Positions 46,834 to 55,484 of a stretch of DNA of 60,675 bases are shown one piece after another (position 1 is the first letter of the stretch; each line of letters opens with the position of its first letter). This stretch comes from Candidatus Uhrbacteria bacterium CG10_big_fil_rev_8_21_14_0_10_48_16. GTDB lineage: Bacteria; Patescibacteriota; Patescibacteriia; UBA9934; GWF2-40-263. A program made the translations under genes and the position numbers. The notes beneath the pieces were generated by a model. The model saw only the letters and a program-made list of their open reading frames with translations, was not told where the DNA came from and did not search any database. The DNA is taken from positions 73,952-134,626 of the forward strand of contig PFEU01000008.1 in the NCBI GenBank assembly GCA_002793515.1. The letters run 5' to 3'.

Positions 46834-47805
46834 ATGTACGACATTATTACCATTGGATCAGCGACACGAGACGTTTTCCTTATCTCTGATAAGTTCATGG
46901 CGATTCCATCGAAAAAATTTCCTTCGGGAATGGGAGAATGTGTCGCTCTTGGATCGAAAATTGAAATTCACGACATGGTCCTCACCACAGGAGGAGGAGC
47001 CACAAATGCCGGAGCGACGTTTGGATCTCTTAAGTTTCGAACCGCAACGATCACACGCATTGGAGACGACTCCATCGGAAAAGATGTCATTGAAGATCTT
47101 TCTCGATTTGGAGTCAGTACCCATCTTGTACGCATGGTAAAAGGAGGAGAAACAGCTTACTCAACCCTTCTCACCATGAAAGACGGTGAACGCACAGCCC
47201 TTGTCTATCGTGGAACGAGTTCAACATTCACAAGACGAGACATTCCAACAGAGGCACTCAAATCTACAAAGTGGATTTACCTCACCTCACTGGGAGGAGA
47301 CCTCACCCTAGCAAAATCCATTATCACAACCGCTCACAAAGCAGGGGTTCATGTCATGTGGAATCCTGGATCAACAGAATTATCGGAAGGTATTCAGGCC
47401 TTTTCAAAAATTCTTCCGATGATCGATGTTCTCAACATCAATCTGGAGGAAGCTCAACTCCTCACAACAAAGAAAAAACTTTCGGATATCTATTCAGTCC
47501 TTCATAGCGATCACATGATTTGTGTGATCACGGACGGAACTCGGGGTGCCACGGCCTATCGTGATGGCTGGATGGCTCATGCGGACACCACAGGAGTAAA
47601 GTCTATCTCTCGAACAGGAGCAGGAGATGCATTCGGATCGGGATTTCTCGCAGGCCTCATAAAAACAGAAGACATCACGGAGGCACTCCGAATCGGAACA
47701 CTCAATGCAGAGTCCGTTATTCTCAAGCACGGGGCAAAAAACGGACTTCTCACCAAGTGGCCATCCGCCTTCAAAAAACGACAAATAAAAGTCTCGATTC
47801 TATGA
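46834..47805 (+). CDS. PfkB-family carbohydrate kinase (second paralog)
   Basis: TGGGATNAG, INLEEA, ITDGTRGA, RTGAGDAFGSG. Confidence 0.92.
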   Translation: MYDIITIGSATRDVFLISDKFMAIPSKKFPSGMGECVALGSKIEIHDMVLTTGGGATNAGATFGSLKFRTATITRIGDDSIGKDVIEDLSRFGVSTHLVRMVKGGETAYSTLLTMKDGERTALVYRGTSSTFTRRDIPTEALKSTKWIYLTSLGGDLTLAKSIITTAHKAGVHVMWNPGSTELSEGIQAFSKILPMIDVLNINLEEAQLLTTKKKLSDIYSVLHSDHMICVITDGTRGATAYRDGWMAHADTTGVKSISRTGAGDAFGSGFLAGLIKTEDITEALRIGTLNAESVILKHGAKNGLLTKWPSAFKKRQIKVSIL

Positions 47806-48791
47806 CATACAATGTCTTTATCACGCGAGATATTCCTGATGAAGGAATAAAACTCTTGAAACGTGACAAGCGTTTTGCGTTGGAGATCTATAAAAAAGAC
47901 ACTCCTATTCCACGCAAAGAACTCCTTAAACGGGTTAAGAGGAAAAATATTATCCTCTCGATTCTCACAGAAAAGATCGACAAAGAAGTTATGGAGTCGG
48001 CAGGACCTGGACTGAAGATGATCGCCAACTACGCCGTGGGATTCGATAACATCGATCTCAAAGAAGCAAAAAAACGGGGGATCATTGTCACGAATGCTTC
48101 ACACCCCTGTGTAGCTGAATCGGTCGCAGAACATACGATCGCTCTCATGTTCGCACTCGCTCATAGAATTGTCGAAAGCGACGCATTCACCCGCGCAGGA
48201 AAATACAAAGCATGGGGACCAAAGCTTCTTCTGGGAACAGATCTTTTTGGAAAGACTATTGGCATCGTGGGAACGGGACGTATTGGATCAGGGGTTGTGC
48301 GTCGCTTACATGATGGATTTGATATGAAGGTCATCTATTCTGACCTCAAACGCAATCCCCTCCTTGAAAGCCAAACAGGAGCAACCTATCGATCCCTCAA
48401 TCAACTCCTTCAAGAAGCAGACATCGTCTCACTCCACGTCCCCCTTCTTCCTTCAACAAAAGGACTGATTGGGGCGAAGGAACTCAAGCTCATGAAAAAG
48501 ACCGCGTTCCTCATAAATACCGCCCGTGGTCCGGTGGTACAGGAAAAGCCCCTCACCCGCGCGCTCATGAAGGGTCAGATTGCGGGAGCAGGACTCGACG
48601 TCTATCAATGTGAACCACTCATCGACTGCGACCCAACGGATAATCTGGATCTGAGAAAACTCAAAAACGTGATTCTCACTCCGCATACAGCCTCTGCCAC
48701 ACAAGAAACCCGACAAGCCATGAGTCGAGTTACCGCAGAAAATATTCTTGCCTTCATAGACGGAAAGACGCCTCCGAACTGTGTCGCATAA
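47802..48791 (+). CDS. D-2-hydroxyacid (D-glycerate/glyoxylate) dehydrogenase
   Basis: YAVGFDNID, GIVGTGRIG, SLHVPL, INTARG, GLDV, LTPHTAS. Confidence 0.93.
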   Translation: MTYNVFITRDIPDEGIKLLKRDKRFALEIYKKDTPIPRKELLKRVKRKNIILSILTEKIDKEVMESAGPGLKMIANYAVGFDNIDLKEAKKRGIIVTNASHPCVAESVAEHTIALMFALAHRIVESDAFTRAGKYKAWGPKLLLGTDLFGKTIGIVGTGRIGSGVVRRLHDGFDMKVIYSDLKRNPLLESQTGATYRSLNQLLQEADIVSLHVPLLPSTKGLIGAKELKLMKKTAFLINTARGPVVQEKPLTRALMKGQIAGAGLDVYQCEPLIDCDPTDNLDLRKLKNVILTPHTASATQETRQAMSRVTAENILAFIDGKTPPNCVA

Positions 48792-48798
48792 GGCATAC

Positions 48799-48826
48799 AA
48801 AAAACAGGGTCGTAACCCTGTTTTTT
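48799..48826. terminator. Bidirectional terminator
   Basis: AAAAAACAGGGT/ACCCTGTTTTTT between convergent genes. Confidence 0.75.
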
Positions 48827-48848
48827 GTATGATAAAAGGCGACGAAAG

Positions 48849-50219
48849 CTAGTTCGTCGCCTGAGCGGTCGCCACGTCGTGACGACGAGCGTAGTCGGCC
48901 TGTACGGCCTTATGAGCCTCGTAGATGGTGGGCCAGGTGTTCTTCTCGACTTGCGCACGAAACGCCGGGTCGAAGAGGACTCCATGGATCCACTCGTACT
49001 TCACGAGGTAGAGCCTCGTCTCGGTCGGAAGGGTCTTGCAGGACTCGTCCCGCCAAGAGTCGCCACACGCGGTGATCGCGCGCTTGACCGTCGCGATGTT
49101 GGCGTTGTAGCCAGCCGCGAAGACCAGCTGACGCTCCCAGGTATTGGCGAGGTAGAACTCCCGCTGGGAGTCCTCCCTGAACGTCCACCACTCGGCGTCC
49201 GTGTGCGCGATCATGGTCTTGATCGCGTTGTGGTGATCGACGCGACCCCACACGTCGTCCTTGGGAAGGTCGGCGCGGGGGTACTGCTCGCGGATCGCCT
49301 TGTAGGGCGTGCCCACGATCTGGCCGATGCCACGCGCGTCCGCCCAGCTCTTGGTGTAGGAGAAGCTCTTCCACCGGTTGAGCCCGAGCGTGACGAGGGC
49401 GCGATCGAGCATCTGCAAACGCTCGAGGTCCGCACCCTTCGCAAACCAGGTGTCCGACCACATCTGCTCGGTGAGGATGAGCGTAATGATGTGGTCGGGA
49501 GTGCCGAAGTCCGTGACGAGACGTCCCTCGATGAATTGACTGCGCACATCCTTGGCGCGCATTTCGTAGTACGCCGCGAGAACCGCGTCCCGCAAGTACA
49601 TCAGCCCTGCCTCTCGGAAGGCCGGTGTATCCAGACGCGTCGAGTAGGGCACGTAGACCGCGCCGTCGACGCCATCTGGTCCGTCACCGTGCACAGCGGT
49701 GCGCACCGCAACGGCCGTCCAACCCGGGGGCGAGGAGATGATGAACGGCGGGTTGACCCCACCGTCACACGCTCCGTCGCGCTCGCAGGTGACGCTGAAC
49801 CCGGAGGGGCTCGTGGACTCACCCCCGTAGACGTCGACGACCTGGAGCTTGCCTGTCTCGTTGACGGCAGCAACCAGGTAGTCACCGATACACCGCTTCC
49901 AGCCGAGCTGGAGCGCGTGGCTGGGGACGCACTGAGCCTGGTTCAGGCGCTTGCTCGTGAGGAGCTCCTTCCCCTCGGCGACCGCATCGACCAGGTTCTT
50001 GGGGACATCCAGGAGGCGTGCGCTCCCGGGAGGAACGTAGGCCACGTAGCCATCGACCTCGATCTGACGAGGCGGGGGCGGGAGCGGAATGCTCGGGATG
50101 GAGTGAGAAACCACGGGCTCCTCATCCAACCCCATCAGCTTGTGAACCACCTTCTGCCCCAGCATCACGATCGCGAGGATCGCCAGTACGAGGAGAAGAG
50201 GCTTGAAGTAACGACGCAT
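48849..50219 (-). CDS. Membrane-anchored protein with a C-terminal divergent lytic transglycosylase (SLT-like) domain; GC-rich
   Basis: LILTEQ (catalytic Glu position), DARGIGQI, AAGYNA, LPTETRLYLVK. Confidence 0.7.
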   Translation of the reverse strand: MRRYFKPLLLVLAILAIVMLGQKVVHKLMGLDEEPVVSHSIPSIPLPPPPRQIEVDGYVAYVPPGSARLLDVPKNLVDAVAEGKELLTSKRLNQAQCVPSHALQLGWKRCIGDYLVAAVNETGKLQVVDVYGGESTSPSGFSVTCERDGACDGGVNPPFIISSPPGWTAVAVRTAVHGDGPDGVDGAVYVPYSTRLDTPAFREAGLMYLRDAVLAAYYEMRAKDVRSQFIEGRLVTDFGTPDHIITLILTEQMWSDTWFAKGADLERLQMLDRALVTLGLNRWKSFSYTKSWADARGIGQIVGTPYKAIREQYPRADLPKDDVWGRVDHHNAIKTMIAHTDAEWWTFREDSQREFYLANTWERQLVFAAGYNANIATVKRAITACGDSWRDESCKTLPTETRLYLVKYEWIHGVLFDPAFRAQVEKNTWPTIYEAHKAVQADYARRHDVATAQATN

Positions 50220-50345
50220 GAGGAACCCTCCATGTCTTTAGGCACCATGCCTGCAGAACGAACAGAAATTACATGAAACAGGGGTTTTTGTCAATGGTTT
50301 AGAGACGAATACGTTCTGTTTTCCCCATAAAAGCCCCTTGTCGCA

Positions 50346-50374
50346 TTGACGATAACTGGTTCAATTGATATTAT
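50346..50374 (+). promoter_or_regulatory. Sigma70 promoter for the tRNA-Ala locus
   Basis: TTGACG-N17-TATTAT. Confidence 0.7.
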
Positions 50375-50398
50375 TTCGCCGTTACAAAAAACTATCGT

Positions 50399-50426
50399 TT
50401 ATGATGGGCCTGTAGCTCAGCTGGTT
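50399..50426 (+). repeat. Duplicated leader and 5' fragment of tRNA-Ala
   Basis: 28-bp exact direct repeat of 50459-50486. Confidence 0.95.
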
Positions 50427-50428
50427 TG

Positions 50429-50570
50429 CCCCGTATTACAACAAAATAAAATGACGTCTTATGATGGGCCTGTAGCTCAGCTGGTTAGAGCACCTGCTTT
50501 GCAAGCAGGGGGTCAAGGGTTCGAATCCCTTCAGGTCCACCACGAGACGTTTTTTTGTTGTAATACGGGG
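50429..50570. repeat. Inverted repeat pair enclosing tRNA-Ala
   Basis: CCCCGTATTACAACAAAA (50429-50446) / TTTTGTTGTAATACGGGG (50553-50570), plus ACGTCT/AGACGT. Confidence 0.92.
50466..50542 (+). tRNA. tRNA-Ala(TGC), CCA encoded
   Basis: Acceptor GGGCCTG/CAGGTCC with G3-U70, D arm GCTC/GAGC, anticodon arm CCTGC-TTTGCAA-GCAGG, T arm AAGGG-TTCGAAT-CCCTT. Confidence 0.98.
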
Positions 50571-50614
50571 TTGCAAGCAGGGGGTCAAGGGTTCGAATCC
50601 CTTCAGGTCCACCA
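50571..50614 (+). repeat. Duplicated 3' half of tRNA-Ala (anticodon loop to CCA)
   Basis: 44-bp exact direct repeat of 50499-50542. Confidence 0.95.
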
Positions 50615-50641
50615 TAAACGGTGGTTTTTTGATAGAATAGA

Positions 50642-51949
50642 ATGACTATGAAACGATTCTGCCTCATCCTCCTCTCGCTCACGCTTCTTGTCCCTTCCAC
50701 ATCCGTTTTTGCCTATCATCAAGAATCCATTTCTCTTCAGTCTCTGGATGGGACCATCGTCACACCTCTTACGAGAGTGAACGATGTTTCTGGAGCAAGT
50801 TTTGTTGTGGCAGACCTCGGGAACGACGGGACCGAAGAGTTTATTGTGGGAAATGGAATGGGACTAGAGCCTCGTGTCCGAGTTCTCAGAAAGGATGGCA
50901 GTGAAATCGGAAGTTTCCTTGCCTATGACGCAAGTCTTGGAGTAGGAATCAATGTGATTGCCTGCGATCTTACAGGAGATGGGTACAATGAAATCGTTGT
51001 CGCGCCTCAACGCGGGGGCGGGCCACACATCCGTGTCTTTAATCGCTATGGAGAAGCGATTGATGCTGGTGGATTTTTTGCCTATGCAGAATCGATGCGC
51101 GAAGGAGTAAATCTTGCGTGTGGAGACCTTACAGATGATGCACGTGCAGAACTGGTCACCCTTCCCGCAGCCGGTGGTGGACCACATGTCCGAGTATGGA
51201 ATTGGAATACAGACGAAGAACTAACAGAAAATTTTTTCGCCTATCACATGAGTGATCGGTCTGGTCTTGTAGGTTCCATCGAGAATAAAAAACTTTTTCT
51301 TTCACAACAACACACGTCATCACCAACGATCAAAGAATTTGTTATCCACAGTTCTGTCACAATGACCGATGAAGAAACTATTTCGATTGACGGACTCGGT
51401 GTGCAATCTCTCATCCTCTTCCAGGGAGAAATTTTGCTCACCACAAGTTCAAGTGACACGCTCTACAACGTTTCAAAAGATGCGACCCAACAACTCACCC
51501 TCCCCCACGCAACGCTTGCAACAGACGATGAGATGATCTGGATCACCTCTGGCCGAAAACTCTACGCTCCCGAAACAGAACCCAAACGCATTACGATCGA
51601 CCTCTCGGAACAGCGTCTATACGCCTACGAACATGGAATTCTTCGAAATGCATTTCTCATTTCAAGTGGCCTAAATAACGCGACTCCCTTAGGAAATCAC
51701 ACGGTTTTGGCAAAAATTCCTCTCGTGCATTATGCCTGGAACTATGGAACGGGTGATTCACGCAACTACGATCTCGGATGGATTCCTTACAATCTTCGTT
51801 TCTACCCACACATCTACATGCACTATGCTCCGTGGCATAATAACTTCGGTCACAAGATGTCCCACGGATGTGTGAATGTCGGGCTCACAAATATTCAATG
51901 GCTGTACGATTGGGCAGAAGAAGAAATTCCCGTGAGCGTCCAGGAATGA
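50642..51949 (+). CDS. Secreted FG-GAP/VCBS-repeat protein with C-terminal L,D-transpeptidase (YkuD) domain
   Basis: Repeats ADLGNDG / CDLTGDG / GDLTDDA with GGGPHIRVF; IDLSEQRLYAY, KMSHGCVN; start may be 50648. Confidence 0.9.
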   Translation: MTMKRFCLILLSLTLLVPSTSVFAYHQESISLQSLDGTIVTPLTRVNDVSGASFVVADLGNDGTEEFIVGNGMGLEPRVRVLRKDGSEIGSFLAYDASLGVGINVIACDLTGDGYNEIVVAPQRGGGPHIRVFNRYGEAIDAGGFFAYAESMREGVNLACGDLTDDARAELVTLPAAGGGPHVRVWNWNTDEELTENFFAYHMSDRSGLVGSIENKKLFLSQQHTSSPTIKEFVIHSSVTMTDEETISIDGLGVQSLILFQGEILLTTSSSDTLYNVSKDATQQLTLPHATLATDDEMIWITSGRKLYAPETEPKRITIDLSEQRLYAYEHGILRNAFLISSGLNNATPLGNHTVLAKIPLVHYAWNYGTGDSRNYDLGWIPYNLRFYPHIYMHYAPWHNNFGHKMSHGCVNVGLTNIQWLYDWAEEEIPVSVQE

Positions 51950-52050
51950 TTTCGTGAGACTGATACAACAGGAAAACTTTTTTTGACAGAAAAAAATGAT
52001 GACAACATAAAAACGTTTTTCCAAAAACGTTTTTATGTTTCCCTATTCTC

Positions 52051-52079
52051 TTGTTTAGAAAAATAAATTCTTCTACAAT
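52051..52079 (+). promoter_or_regulatory. Promoter for the histone H1-like gene, giving a ~185-nt leader
   Basis: TTGTTT-N17-TACAAT. Confidence 0.55.
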
Positions 52080-52269
52080 AGATATATCGGTGATGAAGCG
52101 CGTCCTTTATCAACGATCAAAATCTGCACGCGCATTGTGTGAAGTGCAGAGCTCGATCGAGCAATACTTATTCACTAAGACATCCTCAGGAGGAACCGGA
52201 TTGCACAGCAATCAAAACGTGTTCTGACTTGGATCCGTTCTACGGATTCAGAGGAGAAGAATCGGAACT

Positions 52270-52509
52270 ATGCCAGCAAAGAAAAAGGCAGCTCCAAAGC
52301 GAAAGCCAGCGGCTAAGAAGCCAGCTAAGCGAAAGGCAGCTCCAAAAAAAGCAGCTAAGCGAAAGGCAGCTCCAAAACGTAAAGTAGCAGCTAAGAAGCC
52401 AGCAAAGCGAAAGGCAGCTCCAAAAAAAGCAGCTAAGCGAAAGGCAGCTCCAAAACGTAAAGTAGCAGCTAAGAAGCCAGCAAAGCGAAAGGCAGCAAAG
52501 CGAAAGTAA
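52270..52509 (+). CDS. Histone H1/Hc2-like Lys-Ala-Pro-rich basic protein, 79 aa
   Basis: Only M, P, A, K, R, V residues; SD-like GAGGAG upstream; terminator downstream. Confidence 0.8.
   Translation: MPAKKKAAPKRKPAAKKPAKRKAAPKKAAKRKAAPKRKVAAKKPAKRKAAPKKAAKRKAAPKRKVAAKKPAKRKAAKRK
52312..52496 (+). repeat. 78-bp tandem repeat (about 2.4 copies) inside the H1-like gene
   Basis: Unit AKKPAKRKAAPKKAAKRKAAPKRKVA starting at 52312, 52390 and 52468. Confidence 0.9.
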
Positions 52510-52519
52510 GATTCGCACC

Positions 52520-52557
52520 AAAAAACACTCTCCAAGACGCGTTCGGAGAGTGTTTTT
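52520..52557. terminator. Bidirectional terminator
   Basis: AAAAACACTCTCC/GGAGAGTGTTTTT. Confidence 0.75.
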
Positions 52558-52566
52558 AATTACCCG

Positions 52567-53790
52567 CTATATTCCCAGTGTTTTTACGGATCCAAAAATC
52601 CCATCATACCCTTCATGGATCATCACATTCCCTGTTCTCATCTGTTCAATCGCCTGTGCGAGTTTCGGATAGGTTGAAGCCTGCCGAATCTCCATGAGAG
52701 GGGTATCAAGCAATAACGTAAATTCGTCTGCAAGGGTATTTGTGAGGTGAAAATACTCAGACTCGACCTTTTTTGATTGCACGGATTTCACACCAACAAC
52801 TTCTGCAATGATTTCAGCCAGTGGCACAATCGACTTGTATGGGATCTTCGCCTCCAGAATCTCCGTGACTTCCCGATCCGCAAGCTCATCAATACGATGT
52901 CGCACTCCCAACGTCAATCGTTTCTCACACGTTGGACAACGCCCATGTAACCGTCTTGATTCACTTGGATCACAGGAAAATTTACACTCACCACACCCAT
53001 CGAGAAAATACTTCCCTTCTTCTGGATAAAACTCGATTGTATACTTCAGCCTCCTTGCATCTTTCTCACGTAGCACACGTACAAACGCATCGTATGTTGG
53101 AGGCTTTTCGAACTCAAACACGGTTGCTTCACGCCCAAGATTTCGAGGAGAATGCGCGTCTGAATTTGAAATGAGCACGACGTTATCAAGCGAAGACACA
53201 CGCCAATTCATCACAGGGTCAGACGAAAGCCCCGTCTCAATTGCATAGATGTACTTACTCATCTCTTCACCAAAGCATTCCTCAATGGAATCAAAACCTG
53301 ATTTACTTCCAAAAATTGCATACCAAGGGGTCCATGCATGCGACGGAATCACGATGATCTTCTCATCGATCTCTTTGAGAAGTTTATACAAATCTTCTGA
53401 ATCAATCCCGAGAATAGGACGACCATCCGCTTGCAGGTTAAACCCCCGATGCTTCAATGCCTTAATCACCTTCTCACACGTCTCAATCGACGGAGAAAAA
53501 ATGAGATTATGAACACGTCGCGACTTCCCTCCTTTTGAATAAATCTGACTCACCTCCTGAACGAGCATGAACTCACGCTTCCCCCCACGTTTCAACTGAT
53601 AAATTCCTTGTCGTTTTTCTTCAAGATGCTCTTTGATATGCGCAAACCATGCTGGATGCGTCCAATCTCCTGTCGCAACCACATCGATTCCTTTTCGCGC
53701 ACACCACTCATCAATCACAGGCAACTCAAGAGCACTCGAGCACGCCCGAGAATACTTTGAGTGAATGTGCCAATCAACGATGTAGCGCAT
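52567..53790 (-). CDS. Endonuclease Q-family (PHP domain) protein
   Basis: DWHIHSKYSRA, TGDWTHP, PSHAWTPW, ETGLSSDP, SNSDAHS, EEGKY, CPTC...LTLGV. Confidence 0.88.
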   Translation of the reverse strand: MRYIVDWHIHSKYSRACSSALELPVIDEWCARKGIDVVATGDWTHPAWFAHIKEHLEEKRQGIYQLKRGGKREFMLVQEVSQIYSKGGKSRRVHNLIFSPSIETCEKVIKALKHRGFNLQADGRPILGIDSEDLYKLLKEIDEKIIVIPSHAWTPWYAIFGSKSGFDSIEECFGEEMSKYIYAIETGLSSDPVMNWRVSSLDNVVLISNSDAHSPRNLGREATVFEFEKPPTYDAFVRVLREKDARRLKYTIEFYPEEGKYFLDGCGECKFSCDPSESRRLHGRCPTCEKRLTLGVRHRIDELADREVTEILEAKIPYKSIVPLAEIIAEVVGVKSVQSKKVESEYFHLTNTLADEFTLLLDTPLMEIRQASTYPKLAQAIEQMRTGNVMIHEGYDGIFGSVKTLGI

Positions 53791-53810
53791 ATATGGTAAT
53801 ATTTGAGCCT

Positions 53811-54140
53811 ATGGAACTATCTGAATATCAAAAAAAGGCCCTAACAACGGCATTATACCCTAACATGGGAAGTAATCCGTACTACCCAGCCTTAGGCCTC
53901 GGCGGAGAAGTTGGAGAGGTTCTAAACAAGGTCAAAAAGATCATGCGCGATCATGATGGCCAGGTCACTGATGAGTACCGAGAGATTCTCAAAAAAGAAC
54001 TCGGGGATGTCATGTGGTACCTCGCCAGCATGGCTCATGAGCTCGGTCTTGATTTAAACGAAATCGCCAAAGCCAATCTTGAGAAACTCGCCTCACGGAA
54101 AGAACGAGGAGTACTTGGAGGTGATGGGGATGATCGTTAA
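53811..54140 (+). CDS. MazG-like NTP pyrophosphohydrolase
   Basis: LGLGGEVGEV, ELGDVMWY, NLEKLASRKERG; ATG 53811. Confidence 0.9.
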   Translation: MELSEYQKKALTTALYPNMGSNPYYPALGLGGEVGEVLNKVKKIMRDHDGQVTDEYREILKKELGDVMWYLASMAHELGLDLNEIAKANLEKLASRKERGVLGGDGDDR

Positions 54141-54163
54141 ACATTTTCAACAGTGCCAACCCT

Positions 54164-54460
54164 ATGCTGTTCAAATTTTTTAAACAAATTTTTCTTCCAA
54201 CTGAAGAGGTACTTGCAAAAACCACTGTTAGTTTAGCTTCATGGGACCAAATTAATCTCACAGGAAGGAACAAACAAAGAGTTAAAGTATTTCTCGAAAA
54301 TAAGTACGGGGGGAAAAATCTTGCCACCAAGATGCCAAGTCTAAAATTTGGGGTGGTTGAATTTTTACCTGACAACCCAGTGATCACAGTGCATGAAAAT
54401 GAAGAAAAGTGCGTAGTGGCCTTACACATCATCGATGGAACTATCCAAGAGATGCAATAG
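54164..54460 (+). CDS. Hypothetical protein, AT-rich
   Basis: 98-aa ORF in an operon-like position; no recognised motif. Confidence 0.5.
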   Translation: MLFKFFKQIFLPTEEVLAKTTVSLASWDQINLTGRNKQRVKVFLENKYGGKNLATKMPSLKFGVVEFLPDNPVITVHENEEKCVVALHIIDGTIQEMQ

Positions 54461-54465
54461 CAAAT

Positions 54466-55386
54466 ATGCTCGCCAAAATACTCGAAACCCCATTTGGGAT
54501 CAGTAAAGCCGATTGGAAGCTTCGATTCAATGATAAGGATTGGTTCCCTGATCATCCAACCCAAAACGCATCTGGATTTACTGACCAGGTCAACGAAAAA
54601 GATGTTCATGTTGTTGGTTATTTTGTGCCTGACGAATATGAAGATCGATTGACCCGAATAGTTATCTCCTTTGAAGGACTCGAAATGGATATTCAAAGAA
54701 AGTTTCTCTATCAACACTATTTGAAAACCCTTTCTGCAGAGTATGACAAACATACAGTAAAAGAAATGGTTGGTAGGATTGATGAACTTTGCATCTCAGA
54801 AATGACCATTTGGTTCAATGAACAGTCTGTTATCAGCCTCTGTCTCGTTCTTCATGAAAACAACGAATCAAACCCTGGTGTGTACCTTGCAATCGGTAGT
54901 AAGACGCAAGATCCTGTCTCAAAAACACTTCTCCACCTAGAACCCAAACAAGAAGACGATAAAAAAGCTATTGATCTTGTATTTTCATCAAAGAGATCGG
55001 CTCCGGCACGCTTCAGCCAAAATCATAGTCGCACACAGTCGTTTTGCATCGACTTCAACCAGCTCAAAAAGGAAGCAGACGAAATCATGGCAGCTCAGGC
55101 TTGGGGAGCAATCGGATACTATCTCACTGAAAAAACACCACTTGAACAGAACCAATTTTTGGCCGTATTGAAAATTGGAGAAGATATCATGATTGGAGCC
55201 TTCATAGCAACAAAGATAAACGAGGAAAAAACCAGTCTATTAAAACAAAAAATTATCCAAAAAAATACAAATCTTTTTTCAGACGATATCCCGAATCTTG
55301 GAAGAATCCTTGATGCAGATGAGGTGCAAAGATATCTCAGTCACTGCCAAGAATTCGGCATTGATACAGCAAGAAACAATCGTTAG
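54466..55386 (+). CDS. Hypothetical protein, AT-rich
   Basis: Long ORF; ATG 54466 five nt after the previous stop; no recognised motif. Confidence 0.7.
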   Translation: MLAKILETPFGISKADWKLRFNDKDWFPDHPTQNASGFTDQVNEKDVHVVGYFVPDEYEDRLTRIVISFEGLEMDIQRKFLYQHYLKTLSAEYDKHTVKEMVGRIDELCISEMTIWFNEQSVISLCLVLHENNESNPGVYLAIGSKTQDPVSKTLLHLEPKQEDDKKAIDLVFSSKRSAPARFSQNHSRTQSFCIDFNQLKKEADEIMAAQAWGAIGYYLTEKTPLEQNQFLAVLKIGEDIMIGAFIATKINEEKTSLLKQKIIQKNTNLFSDDIPNLGRILDADEVQRYLSHCQEFGIDTARNNR

Positions 55387-55484
55387 ACCCACCAAAAAAA
55401 CATCGTGGTTGATAGAGCGTCACTAGGTCCCGGATGACGATCTGTGTTAGCACGAGTAATGAATGGCTCCATAACACGAGCGGG

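Noticed and set aside
55387-55484. Small RNA between convergent genes
   Set aside because: Only short weak helices and no promoter or family motif; consistent with a termination region
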